A model generated the notes under the pieces. The model was given only the letters and a program-made list of their open reading frames with translations, was not told where the DNA came from and did not search any database. DNA of 64,000 nucleotides from Octopus sinensis (lineage: Eukaryota), in the NCBI RefSeq assembly GCF_006345805.1, contig NC_043025.1:992001-1056000 (forward strand), read 5' to 3'. A program made the position numbers and the translations under genes. Shown here one piece after another: positions 26,165-39,182 of the stretch; position 1 is the first letter of the stretch; the number at the start of each line of letters is the position of its first letter.

Positions 26165-26560
26165 ATCTCTCTCACTTTTTTCTCTCTTTTACTTGTTTCA
26201 GTCATTTGACTGCGGCCATGCTGGAGCACCACCTTTAACCGAGCAAATCGACTCCGGGACTTATTCTTTGTAAGCCCAGTACTTATTCTATTGGTCTCTT
26301 TTGCCGAACCGCTAAGTGACGGGGAGTAAACACACCAGCAATGCTTGGGAGACAAACACAGACACACAAACACACACACATATATATACATATATACGAC
26401 AGGCTTCTTTCAGTTTCCGTCTAACAAATCCGCTCACAAGGCATTGGTCGGCCCGGAGCTATAGCAGAAGACACTAGCCCAAGATGCCACGCAGTGGGAC
26501 TGAACCCGGAACCATGTGGTTGGTTAGCAAGCTACTTACCACACAGCCACTCCTGTATAT
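26165..26560. mobile_element. Two SINEs, opposite orientations
   Basis: 'tttcagtcatttgactgcggccatgctggagcacc...' (+) and the reverse of the 'gtggctgtgtggtaagtagcttgc...gggttcagtcccactgcg' head (-). Confidence 0.8.
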
Positions 26561-27100
26561 GTATAAATACATATATAAAGTGTATTCAAAGATTTATGCA
26601 GGGAGTGAAGGCCTTCATGTGGATTTCTTAGTGGACGAATATATTCTTAAGACCAACTTTTAGTCACCCGCTTGTAGTTCGAGCCTTCTTCACTAATTCT
26701 GTTCACAACCATACTGAATGCGGTTATTTTAGCTATGATGATTCAATCCTAAGCTATGTTTGAATATACTGATAGAAAGCTATGTGAAAGACAGTGGTGA
26801 TGGTGGTGGAGGTGAACGTGATGAAAAGTATTGATGGTGATGGCGTCAGAAGTCTGGATGGCGTGTGTATTGCAGATATGGTGGCGATGGTGGTGGTACT
26901 GTTGTTTATCATGAAGCTTTGCAATAAGTTCCGAGTCGACAAATTATATCATTGCTTTGATGAAAATTGTTCATTGCTTGAGAAATATTCATGTTTCATG
27001 AACTTATATGTACTCAATGCATGGTGTCATTGTTGGACCCCAAGGATTAACAGGGCAGCTTTTAAAACGAATGTATATATATATATATATATATATATAG

Positions 27101-27132
<32 letters not shown>

Positions 27133-27218
27133 CAATGTATGTATATTTCTAGCTAGCTAGCTAGCTACATACATACATACATACCGACATACATGTATGT
27201 ATTTATTTTTTATTTCAG

Positions 27219-27372
27219 CTCAAACAGAAATAAAATATTTGCTATTTACTGTACGGTATTTAGCGAAATGACTGAAAGTCAACTGCGGCACAATATCTCC
27301 GAAACTTTGAACAAATCCCAGGCATTTCTTAATTTAGGAGTTAAGAAAAGCCACATGAATTTCTTGATGAAA
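27219..27372 (+). CDS. SEA-like domain exon 3 (SNRNKIFAIYCTVFSEMTESQLRHNISETLNKSQAFLNLGVKKSHMN[LLDE])
   Basis: tttcag| and aaa|gtaagt. One base short near 27362 relative to both paralogs (aatttcttgatg vs aatttgcttgatg); restoring it gives phase 1. Confidence 0.8.
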
Positions 27373-28701
27373 GTAAGTATCGTTTTCTTATTAATTTTAT
27401 CATCATTACCGTCCGTCTATTAGCTTCATCAATCACCAACCTCTTCGTCGTTGTCGTCATCATCAACCACAGTAGATGATACAAAGCACACAGACTCTCT
27501 CCCCCTCTCTCTCTCTCACACACAGCTATTTATTTACATTTTCTCAACGCTTGGATAATTTAAAAAAAAGCATTTTATTTGCGCTTTTCCGTTTCTTGTC
27601 CCTACGGAACTGTTTTGTCTTTGCTCAGTTTCTTTTTAATTATACCAATTAACCGAGGGCAAAAATGTTTTCTTCTAATTTTGTATAGAAGTAGAAGATG
27701 CAGACTCTAATGGGCAGAAAATTGAAACAATTCCAGTACTTGCTTTAATTCAAACAGGAAAACTATTTAGTGCTGCAAATAATTTTCCTCAGCGAAAATT
27801 CATTTCGTACGAAGTGATCAGTTATTTTTACATTAGGATCGATAGATACACACACACAGCTCATACGATTTAAACATGTCTAAGAGATATAAGAGAGAAC
27901 AAATCATATCCCATTGCCGGAAAAGGATATATTTTCACTTCGTTTCCATTCATTTCATTTACCATCGCCAAATCAATATAACATCTACCCATTTCTAGCG
28001 TACATTAGGTTTTGCGCTTCCGGTCAGTATGTCTAAAGAGTGATCAATATATTGACGAAATTCAACACTAGAGGCCGCGAAACAGACTAGCATTCTGAGT
28101 AGTCATATCCCGTAACCAGTTATATATTGCTCGAGAAAATATAAAATATATATATATATATACATATGCACACACCTCTATTTCTATTTTATTTATTGTT
28201 TTTTAAGATATATAAGAAAAATATATATAGAATATATATATATATATAATCTACAGAATATCAAGTAGTTATGCAGTTTCAATCGGCTAAATTTAATTGA
28301 ACAATACAAAATTACATCAATTTAAATGCAATGCCATCTTTCAGCTGCATAAATAATGAATTAGAATTTTAATAAGTAGGACACTTTAATGTAATTTTTC
28401 TCAAATATTTGAACAGAGCAAGAAGATGGAGAAAATCATATTGTCGCCATTTTAGTTAAGAATAGACTACACTTCCAAGAATTGCATGGAGCCTCGTTGG
28501 GGTGGGGGTCCTTGTGTTGTAAGGGATTGTAATTCATTTCTAAATCATTTATCTCTTTATAAACTACTAAATGAAAAACTAGAAATCTGTCTATTTTGAA
28601 TAAATATATATGCTCTCCGTATATGTTTGCAACACTTCGTGTATCATTGTCCTCAAATCAGCCAGCAGGTGGTCCAAACAATTTATTTCCAACATTAACT
28701 G

Positions 28702-28743
<42 letters not shown>

Positions 28744-28768
28744 TACTACTACTACTACTACTACTACT
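28702..28768 (+). repeat. (CTA)n microsatellite
   Basis: Read directly; lies just upstream of an acceptor. Confidence 0.95.
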
Positions 28769-28804
28769 GACTTCTCTCATATCCATGTTTTGGTTCTTTT
28801 TCAG

Positions 28805-28919
28805 TGGTTTGTGATGAAAGCACAACATCAACTAACAATCGAGCTTTCTCTTGGCCAATGACAAAAATAGGAACTACTGCGGAGATCCCGTGTCATGGAA
28901 ATGTAGCCACCAGGCATTG
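28805..28919 (+). CDS. HRM (hormone receptor) domain exon 1 (VCDESTTSTNNRAFSWPMTKIGTTAEIPCHGNVATRHC)
   Basis: ttttcag| and tg|gttcgt, phase 1 to 2; C...WP.T..G....+PC....ATR.C is the HRM pattern of adhesion/secretin GPCRs. Confidence 0.85.
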
Positions 28920-29129
28920 GTTCGTTTGTATTGATTTATTTCTACTGAAAGTTTGAAGTTTTCAGCGCCATCCTATTGTGAGAGAATGTTACTTGGTAGA
29001 GCAAATAACAGGTTTATAGATTAACAAGATAGAATTAAACGTCTATCGGTTGCAATCTCTTGTCCGGGCATTTTTACATTTTATACATTATTTGATATAA
29101 TTTAGCCTTGTCCTAACTATCTAGGTTTG

Positions 29130-29560
29130 CTTTGTCGCCAATATTATACAAGCTTTCATTTCATTTCGTTTTATGTTCTGAGTTCAAATTCCCCTAAGGT
29201 CGACTTTGCCTTTAATTTTTTCGGTTCGATGAAATAAATACCAATTGAGCACTGGGTTTGTGTAACAACTTATCCCTTCCCCTGAAATTGCTGGCCTTGT
29301 GCCAAAATTTGAAACCAATATTAGACAAGGCTTTATGGTGCTGACCTGCGGAATCGTTTCCATGCCGGACAAAATGCTTAGCAGCATTTCCTTCTGACTT
29401 TTACATTCTGAGATCAAATGCTACCAGGGTCGACTTTGTCTTTTACCCTTACAGGATCGATAAAATAAGTACGCTGGGGTCTATGTAATCGAACTACCCC
29501 CCCCAAAATCTGACCCTGTGGCAAAATTTGAAATCAGCATTATTCAAAGATTTAAAGAGA
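29130..29560 (+). mobile_element. Two tandem tRNA-type SINEs
   Basis: 'ttctgagttcaaattcc...gtcgactttgcc...gataaataagtac' twice. Confidence 0.8.
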
Positions 29561-30321
29561 TCTTTTAAGTTCCAGAATTTCACAAAATAATTGTAGGAAA
29601 GAAAGCACATACCTATCGATACAGTCAATAGAATCTATCAGTGATTCTGTTGGTTCAGGCTAATACTATTTATTCAATTTTATGATTACTGTAGAGCTAT
29701 ATCTTTGCTAGTACATGATGGTCATCCTGGGATTTCACTCATCACAGACTATGTAAACGGTCTCTCTTCTCTCATTTCTACCACGTCATTCCACAGGTTA
29801 AGCATCTAAATTGTTCTCCCAGAGGCTGAGCTTTATTAGTTTAAGACAAGACCAACTGGTGGAATCACTCAAATCTGTGCATATGTAGGAAAATATACAT
29901 AAATCCATTGCTGCCGCTGTTGCTACCGATGTCTATGGTGGCGAAATATTAGCAACTAATTCCCCCATTCAACTTGAACTAACAACTTGGCTCCTTAATT
30001 CTGCATCACCTACACCGTTCCAACTAATCTTGTATTGAATAATCATAAAAACAAGAAATTATTGTAAATAAAACAGATGCAGGAATATTGTTTTTATATC
30101 TGAACTCTAGTTAGAAAATATTTGACATTAGTTTTGAGGATAGGGGTCAGGAGTAAATAATAGATTTCTCCCCCAAATGCAAGACACCATTTATCCTTCT
30201 TTCACTAAATTATGAGTTCAAATCACGACCAGTTCGAAGGTTTCTTATATTCCTCTGAGATTGATGAAATTCTCCTCAGAATGAAAACTCGACTGACAAT
30301 ATTTAACATTTATTTTTTCAG

Positions 30322-30463
30322 TTCTTCCAGAACGATGGGGCATCCAGAAATGGCATCAAGTCAAACCTGTCATCACAAAAGTGTTCACCGTTTACTGGTA
30401 TCTGGCAAGAACCAGACATGTCTCAATGTTACAATGCAGAACAGAGCAAAGGCATTGATGATG
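30322..30463 (+). CDS. HRM domain exon 2 (SSRTMGHPEMASSQ[N]LSSQKCSPFTGIWQEPDMSQCYNAEQSKGIDD)
   Basis: tttttcag| and g|gtgagc. G.W..PD.S.C is the HRM C-terminal motif; one base must be added in 'caaacctg' (~30363) to link it to the phase-2 entry frame. Confidence 0.75.
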
Positions 30464-30659
30464 GTGAGCGAGCAAATTATTTTTAAATGACTTTTACAGT
30501 AGTAGAAGTAGCAGATGAGAAGAAGTAATTTTTGTGAGTGACTTTCTGTCTGTTTAAATACGACCACTCTGGTGGGGGTGGGGGTGGGGTGAGTGTGTAT
30601 GTGTATGTCTTTCTATGTCTGTTCCATTATGACTGTCCTGTGTGTGTGTGTGTGTTTGT

Positions 30660-30975
30660 AATTACAATGATTTATCAAAAGGTAATGCAACCTATTCTCC
30701 CGTTTGAGTCCTCCAGGAATGTGTCCATCTCGTTCAACGGCAAATCATTTGACTCATTTATGGAAACGTTATGAAAGAATTTATTACATTGGAGAGTTGA
30801 GTTCATTATTGTAATATCGTTAAAACCACGTTTTCGTAAACATTCTGCAGACAGGCTGAGTAGAGAGAAGCAGAAAAACAACAGGGATATTACTGGTACA
30901 TACCTCTTTGCATACATTACGTTGGAGCGGTGGTTGTAGAATCTTCAAATATTCAATGACATACCCTACATATCT
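30660..30975 (-). pseudogene. Possible decayed, inverted LU-like exon pair
   Basis: ICRVCH...VCKE|gtatgt, then cag|PVCR (same phase-0 start as exon 22761) and a terminal CIT...NHCN; stops and shifts throughout. Confidence 0.3.
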
Positions 30976-31124
30976 GTTTGTCATAGAATATAAGCAATTT
31001 ATTTCTCTCAAATGTTATTATGGCACTGTCAAATTGAATAGATTTTCATATGCATTTAGTGATGTGATGATTTCAATTTCTCATTAGACCATTATGAAAA
31101 CTTATCACTATTAATCCTTAAATT

Positions 31125-31330
31125 AGGCGGTAAGCTGGCAGAATCGTTAGCAGAGCGGGAGAAATGCTTTGCAGTACTTCGTCTGTCTTTACGTTCTGAG
31201 TTCAAATTCCGCCAAGATTGACTTTGCTTTTCATAATTTCTGTGTCGATAAAATAAGCGCAAGTTGAGCTCTGGGTCAATGTAATCAACTTAACCCCCTA
31301 CACCAAATCTGCTGGTCACGTACCAATGTC
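31125..31330 (+). mobile_element. tRNA-type SINE
   Basis: 'ggcggtaagctggcagaatcgttagca...ttctgagttcaaattccgcc'. Confidence 0.85.
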
Positions 31331-31489
31331 TGAAACCTATATTATTCCGTTTATTATGCTCTTTTATTTACACGATTTTTTCATTTCATGTTCATTTCAT
31401 TCATCGTTTACAATGCCCCCCCCCCCCACACACACACTCCCTCTCTCTCTCACTCACACTCACACTCACACACAGATGGAATCAAACAC

Positions 31490-32300
31490 CACGACATGAA
31501 GGAAAAGAGAAAAAGAGAGCACTTTTGGCGAGTGATCAAAATATTGGTTTGAAAGCTGGAAAACTGAAGTGGACAGAGAAGCTAAAGGAGATGGACAGGA
31601 AGTCAAGAAAGGTCCTAACGATGTATGGAGCCCATCATCCACGTGCAGACCTCGATCGCCGATACACGAAGAGAGCGAATGGAGAAAGGGACTGATAAGT
31701 GTGGGAAACTGCGTGCGTTTCGAACTCGAAGGCTTAATGAGATACCGAACCCAAAGAAAGGAAACCTTGTTAGTGACAGTTAGGAATGAGGGAGTATTGA
31801 AAGCAGGAGAACCGAAGGAAGAAACACAAAAAGAAATGAAGAAGAATGGCGCAAGAAGGGAGAACACAATGAATTTCCATATAACAAAAAGTAGGTGGGA
31901 TTGGCTGATGAAAGGAATTCTAAAGAAAGAGACCGAGAACACTATATTGGCAGCGCAAGAGTAAGCTTTGGCCACAAACTGGAGGGTCGACATTAGAATG
32001 AGCAAGTGTCCAGGAACTCCCACAAGGAACTCCTACAAAACCTCTGATAAAGAGAAATAATAATCAAAAAGGAATTTGACAAAAACTAATAAGTTGCTGA
32101 AAATATGTGGAGCTCAACATCCGAAAGCAGATATCAACCGACTGTAATTAAGGAACGACCAGACTGGGAGATGCTAAATAGCAGTAGAAGAACGTATAGA
32201 GATGGAAAAAAAAACTTAGCCGAGTATTTACAATGTGGCACAGAAAAACTACTAAAGACTGAATAAAAAGGCAGGTAAAAGCAGACTTCTCTTGCTATAA
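31490..32300 (+). mobile_element. Decayed REL-retrotransposon 3' half
   Basis: WDWLMKGILKKETENTILAAQE*ALATN; its 5' part is the duplicate of 23160-23455. Confidence 0.8.
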
Positions 32301-32519
32301 TTCTAATGAAAAGGCCTGAAAGTGTGAAAAGTGCAGAAACTGTGTCCAAAAAGCCTAAATTAAGCGACGCGACAGAGAAAAGGCTGGATGGTTTTGTGTT
32401 GCTGGAAAGGAACAATCATATTCTAATACATATGTATGCAAGTGTGGGCATGGTTGCATGTATATATGTATATATGTATACATATATACACATAAAGATA
32501 GATATATATATATATGCGT

Positions 32520-32930
32520 AGTAGTGGGTGTGTGGTAAGTAGATTGCTTACGAACCATATGGTCCCGGGTTCAGTCCCACTGCATGGTACCTTGGCAAGT
32601 GTCTTCTGCTATAACCTCAGGCCGACCAAAGCCTTGTTAGTGGATTTGGTAGACGGAAACTGAAAGAAGCCTGTCGTATATATGTATATGTATATATATC
32701 TATGTGTGTGTATGTGTGTATATGTTTGTGTCTGTTTTTATCCCCCGCCTCCAACATCGCTTGACAACCGATGCTGGTGTGTTTACGACCCTGTAACTTA
32801 GCGGTTCGGCAAAAGAGACCGATAGAATAAATACTAGGCTTACAATGAATAAGTACTGGGGTCGATTTGCTCGACTAAACGCGGTGCTCCAGCATAGCAA
32901 CAGTCAAATGACTGAAACAAATAAAAGAGT
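32520..32930. mobile_element. Two SINEs, opposite orientations
   Basis: + strand head 'gtgtgtggtaag...gggttcagtcccactg' and - strand 'gcggttcggcaaaagagaccgatagaataa' body. Confidence 0.8.
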
Positions 32931-33378
32931 AAAAAGAGTAAAGAGTATATATGAATCTTTAGTCAAATATATTCAATGAGAATATTACATACTGAATATA
33001 TATTGAGTGCTCTATTGTATCAAAGTGTTAATATTATTAAGGTATTTATATATTTAATGCGAGCGATTATATATATATTTAATAATATATTATTATTAAT
33101 ATTAAGAATTCAATATCAGAAAACTTCACAGAAAGATATACACGTGTGAAAAAAAATGGTTGTATTAAAAATATATAAATAAATAAATATAAATATTTAT
33201 AAAAATATATGTATATATGTATACATATAAATATATAATGTATATGACAGTTTATAAGTTTTGAATTAAATATTTAAACCTTTTTACGATCGCTTCACAG
33301 AAGTGCTGTCCCTATAATGAAATCCTATATTGGATACGTGTACGTGCACATAGATGCAAATAAATGTTTCTACACGTA

Positions 33379-33456
<78 letters not shown>

Positions 33457-33752
33457 TACTTATGTATGTACATATGAATATAAACTTATATATATATATA
33501 TATGTTACGTATGTATGCAAATGTGGGCTGATTTGCATATATATATATATAAATAGATGAGTGTATTTTTACCTTGTTAACGATTAACACGGAAAAAATA
33601 AATAAATAGTTACCGGGGTAGCAAAAATCTCGCAAGTAAAGAGGTTGTAACTCCTTGTTTATAAAGGTAGAAACTTCGTGTTTACGTTGAATATTTTGAA
33701 TAATATATGAATAAGTAAATGGAGTTTAACGCAGGTGTAATCAAATATTTTT

Positions 33753-33834
33753 ACTTTCGACACATGTTTCGACAATTCCACTGTTACTATTCAAAAGAAT
33801 AAATGAAACAATGCAATCTTCTCTTCAGGAAAGT
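33753..33834 (-). ncRNA. Type-I hammerhead ribozyme candidate (Penelope-type)
   Basis: Minus strand ACTTTC-CTGAAGA-G...C-GAAA-C(ATGT)G-TC-GAAAGT: 6-bp stem I, intact core, extended stem II, minimal stem III, GUC site. Confidence 0.75.
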
Positions 33835-34229
33835 GAAAAAAGCGAAACTTGTCAATAAGACATTTTAGCAAAAAATGATGGATTTGTATAGCGATAGACA
33901 GCACGCTATTAATATTGTTTAAAAAAACGTTATATGATATAACGTCATAAGTAGCTAACAGAGAGAGAGTAGGGATATTAATAGTGAATGTTAAATATAA
34001 AGGAAATTAAAGTTTGAATTATATATAATGATAGAGACTACTTATATGCACTAAATGTATGTTTCTGCCAATGCTTACATCTGTATGCTCGTTCTATAAC
34101 CGTGTTTACTAGAGTATTTTTAGAAAAAATAATGAAAAATAGCTCAGAATTGCAGCGAAGACAGAATTTCTTGCCTTTGTCATATGGTATCGAAATTGAG
34201 AGAATCAACCATTCTAACTGAAATTATTC

Positions 34230-34308
<79 letters not shown>

Positions 34309-34545
34309 TACATGGAACTTTGTATGTGTACAAACGTGCATTTATATATGTGTTTATACGTGTAGATGCAGATGTATTAATGTGAGTCTGTATATTCGTA
34401 TATATATATATATATATTTATAGTATGTTTAAGTGTATATGTGATTGTGAATGTATATTTTTATCTACGTATGTGGGTTTTATGTGCATCTATGACGTGT
34501 GTCTCATTTATAAATACAGCAATTATTTTCTATATCAATCCATAG

Positions 34546-34628
34546 GCTGGACCAAATCCTTCGCATTTCGTTTGATTTTAAAATCTTTCAACGAATATAA
34601 AAAACCTGCTGAGAACATATCAAGAGCC
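34546..34628 (+). CDS. Duplicated SEA exon 1' (GWTKSFAFRLILKSFNEYKKPAENISRA)
   Basis: Same 83-nt length, phases and splice sites as 23918-24000. Confidence 0.75.
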
Positions 34629-34690
34629 GTGAGTAGATATCTGCCCTCTCTTTCTCCGAACACACACACACACGCGCACACATGCATACA

Positions 34691-34724
<34 letters not shown>

Positions 34725-34960
34725 CATATTTTATACAAGAAATGCAAAACGTCAATTTAAATAGTGAGTGAGCTCAATACGTTTCGTAGATAGTGATATC
34801 GATTTTGTTAGCCTGATCAGCTTAAACACATAAATACATACATATGTAAAATTATTTCCTTATCTGTATCTTTTTATACTTCTCAAAGCTTTTAAATCAA
34901 ACTTTGTTTCTTGAATTTAATGTATGCATATATATATATATACACATCTGGCTTTTGCAG

Positions 34961-35013
34961 ATGGAGCATGAGTTTTTAACCGTGACTGGAAAATTCCGAG
35001 TTGAATATCCTGG
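34961..35013 (+). CDS. Duplicated SEA exon 2' (MEHEFLTVTGKFRVEYPG)
   Basis: Same 53-nt length, phases and splice sites as 25064-25116. Confidence 0.75.
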
Positions 35014-35292
35014 GTAAGCAAAAGCTTCTAACACATTTATTCAAATTTATTTTGTTTTGTTCCAAACATTCGATTTTATCGCACGTATTAGACGTCACCA
35101 TAATCAACAGTGTTTTACTTGTGACCCACAATATACTAATTCGTACCTTCGACGAAATGCTTAAGTGTTTTATCAATGTTTTATTATACAAAGGACAAAC
35201 AAACCCATATAAAGATAAAGAGAGAACTGTGTATATATATATATGCATATATACATACACATACATACCTATATATATATATATATATATAA

Positions 35293-38200
35293 TCTAATAA
35301 TAATTTAACATTACTTGAAAAGGTAGTGGGTAGCGAACTTCTTCACTACTTCTGGGAGTGACGACCCTGCCTGACACGAGTTCCGGGCTCAGCTGGCTCC
35401 GGCTGACAGTACCCGGTATGGGCCCCTATCCAGGGTTACGGAACGGAAACAACCTTCAAAGAAATCCGGAGTGGAGCCCCGAATGCGGTCTAGTGTTCGA
35501 CTCGACACTCTTCCGGCAGCTCCTGCAACCAAGCTGGTGCCAAACGTAATGCACTGCACTCCTTTGGACTACATCAGCAAGGTCGAGAGAGGAAACCTGA
35601 CGATTGGGCTACCCTGGACTTTCTTATCTATAGCCCAGGCTTGCGCAAAACTGGAGAGCACACTTCAGTGCTGCTGTAAAAAGCTGCAGAAACAACATGG
35701 GAGGTAACAGTCACGAGTGATAAGTCTATTCAGATTGGCGTAAAATATGGGCGCTACGGGTTACCTCTGACGGTGGGAGGGACCTCCGTGTCCTATTGGT
35801 TAGCTACTGCCCACCTCAAGCTGGGCAGCCCCTAGTTAATAAGGTGCTGACCCGCCACAGGTCGCCTGCTTCATTGGGTGCTTGAAGCTAAAAGTATGAC
35901 TTGAAAAGCGGCCTGCAACCTCTGCACCAGGCAAACAACTAAAAGTCAAGAAAACACCAGTTGTGCGGTTGGCAAGTTGGAATGTCAGGACCATGTGCCC
36001 TGGAATATCTGATGATCTACTCAGGGTTGAAGACACAAGGAAAACGGCCATCATTGACCGTGAACTAAAGAGGATCAACATAGATATTGCTGGGCTGCAG
36101 GAGACAAGTCTCCCCTCAAACGGCAAACTCAAAGAGCAGGATTTCACCTCCTTTTGGCAGGAAGCGATCCAGAAGAACCTCGTCAGCATGGCGTTGGCTT
36201 TGCAGTGAGAAACTCATTACTCTCCTCAATAGAACCACCATCAGGAGGCACTGAGCGTATCCCCTCACTGCGCCTCTCGACTTCTTCTGGCTCAGTACAT
36301 CTACTCAGCATCTCTGCTCCCACTTTCTACAGCTCAGAGGAGACCAAGTACCAGTTCTACAAAGATCTCAACTGTGTCATAGAAAATATACCAACGACTG
36401 AAAATATCTACCTTCTGGGGGATTTTAACGCTCGCGTGGGATCTGACCATGATTCGTGGCCCATTTGTGTTGGACACTTTGGTATTGGCAACATGAATGA
36501 CAATGGCCAGAGACTACTCGTATTCTCTACATACCACAACCTGTGCATCACAAACACATTCTTTACCAACAAGCCTTCCCACAAGGCATCTTGGAGACAT
36601 CCAAGATCTCACCACTGGCATCAGCTGGATCTCATCATTACACGGAGATCCTTTCTGAATTCTACTCTATTGACCCGCAGTTACCACAGCGCGGATTGTG
36701 ACACAGACCACTCACTAATTAGAAGCAGGGTGAGGATTCTCCCTAAAAAAGTCCATCGCTTCAAGAAAGTGGGCCGACCACGCATTAACACTGCCAGAAC
36801 CTCGGAACCTACACTGCGAAAATGTTTTGCTGCTTCTATCAAAGTTGCCCTCAGTAGCTGCCCAACCTCCTCTGCTGAAAGTAGGTGGAACTATATCAGG
36901 GAAGCTTTGTATACGACATCAATAGATACTTTCGGCATGAGAGAAAGGCAAAACCCAGATTGGTTCAATGCTGGGCTCTCAGAGCTGGAGCCAGTTATCG
37001 AAGCAAAGCGTGCAGCTCTGATGCAATACAAGAGTGATTCTTCTACAAAGTCACTCGAAGAACTCAGAAAGGCACGAAATAAAACCCAACTGACAGCCAG
37101 ACGCTGTGCAAATGGGTATTGGCAGGAAATCTGTCAGAGTATCCAGTCAGCTGCTGACAGTGGCGACACCTGTGGGATGTATGTCGGTTTGAAGAAGGCC
37201 CTCGGTCCATCCGCAACCAAGTCAGCCCCTCTGGAGATCTCATCACGGATCAAGGCAAGCAAATGGATAGATGGGTGGAGCACTACCAGGATCTCTACTC
37301 ACTGGAGACTACAGTGGCTGAGGCTGCAGTCGAGAGTGTCAAGATCTTGCCAGTCATGTGCGAACCTGACAGTCCGCCATCTATAGCAGAGCTCACCAAG
37401 GCTCTTGACTCCCTAGCAAGAACTAAGTCTCCGGGAAAAGACGGCACCCCCTCAGATATCATCAAAGCCGGTAAAAACCCCATCCTGCTTCGGCATCTTC
37501 ATGAGCTTCTGTGTCAGTGCTGGGAAGAGGGTACAGTCCCTCAGGATATGCGGGATGCTAACACCATTACGCTTTACAAAAACAAAGGTGACCGTGGTGA
37601 TTGTAACAATTACCGTGGTATATCTCTTCTAAGCACTGTTAGAAAGACCTTTGCCCGCGTTATCCTGGTAAGGCTACGACTACTTGCTCCTCGTATCTAT
37701 CCGGAATCGCGTGTGGCTTTAGAAGAAGCAGATCAACTATCGATATGATATTCTCCGTACGCCAACTTCAGGAGAAGTCCAGAGAGCAGAAAATGCCATT
37801 ATATATGGCCTTCATTGATATAAAAAAGGCTTTTGACTCGGTAAGCAGAACAGGCCTCTTCATCCTGCTCCAAAAAATCGGATGTCCACCAAAGCTGCTG
37901 AGGATCATCAAGTCTTTCCATGATGACATGCAAGGCACCTTACAGCACAACGGTTCAACATCAGCCGCCTTCCAAATAAAAAACGGGGTAAAGCAAGGTT
38001 GTGTCCTCGCTCCTACATTGTTTGGCATCTTCTTCTCGCTCTTACTCTCACAAGCCTTTCAGACATCAGATGATGGAGTGTTTCTGCGCAGTAGAAGTGA
38101 CGGGAAACTGTTCAATCTCTCGCGCCTGTGTGCCAAGACCAAAATCAGAAACGTCCTGATCAAGGAGATGTTATTTGCTGATGATGCCGCTCTGGTATCA

Positions 38201-39182
38201 CACACAGAAGAAGCCCTCCAAAGGTTCATTGACTGTTTTGAGCAAGCATGTAACGACTTTGGCTTAGCTATCAGCCTTAAGAAGACCAACATCATGGGTC
38301 AGGCTACATCGGACATCCCAAACATACATATTGGAGACCACAGATTACAAGAGGTGGAGAAGTTTACCTATCTGGGCTCTATCGTCACCTACAACCTATC
38401 CCTTGACGCTGAGCTCAATATACGCATTGGAAAGGCAGCTGCTGCGATGGCCCAACTCTCCAAACGGGCTTGGGACAACAATAAGCTGATGAAGACCACG
38501 AAAATGAAGATCTACCAGGCATGTGTACTCAGCACTCTACTGTATGGAAGTGAGACTTGCACGCTATACACACACCAAGAGCCTCACCTAAACATCTTTC
38601 ACCTGCGCTGCCTCCGAAAAATCCTCCTCATCAAATGGCAGAATCATATCCCCAACAAAGATGTCCTCAGGCAAGCAGGAATACCAAGCATGTTTGCACT
38701 CCTCACACAAAGACGTATGAGATGGCTTGGGCATGTTAGCCGTATGAAAGATGGCAGAATCCCCAAGGACATACTCTACGGAGAGCTTGCTAGCGGTACC
38801 AGGTCTGTGGGTAGACCGATCTTACGTTACAAGGATGTTTGCAAAAGGGACATGAAGGCCTGCAACATCAATATTAGCGGTTGGGAGGCAGTTGCCGGCA
38901 ACCGTGGAGAATGGCGACGTACCGTAAAAGAGGGAATACAAAGGAGTGACAGAGAGAGAGAGGAGAAATGGAAAGAAAAGAAGAGACGTAAACAAGAAAC
39001 TATGACATTACAACCAGCCAGGAACAGTCTTCGCTACATTTGCGGTACCTGCCAGAGGGAGTGTTTGTCCAGGATAGGACTACACAGCCACAGCAGGAAT
39101 GTATCAGGATATGAAATATAAAAGCCGGACTGGACTATTTTATGCGCAACTCCATTGTCTCCCGAGACAAAAAGGATGCCAA

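Noticed and set aside
26754-27111. Ser/Thr-rich and Val/Met-rich ORFs
   Set aside because: Low-complexity (GGT/GAT) intronic repeat.
35330-35900. Possible HDV-like ribozyme in the RTE 5' UTR
   Set aside because: Hairpins exist (ctgccca/tgggcag) but I could not build the nested double pseudoknot by eye; needs a descriptor search.
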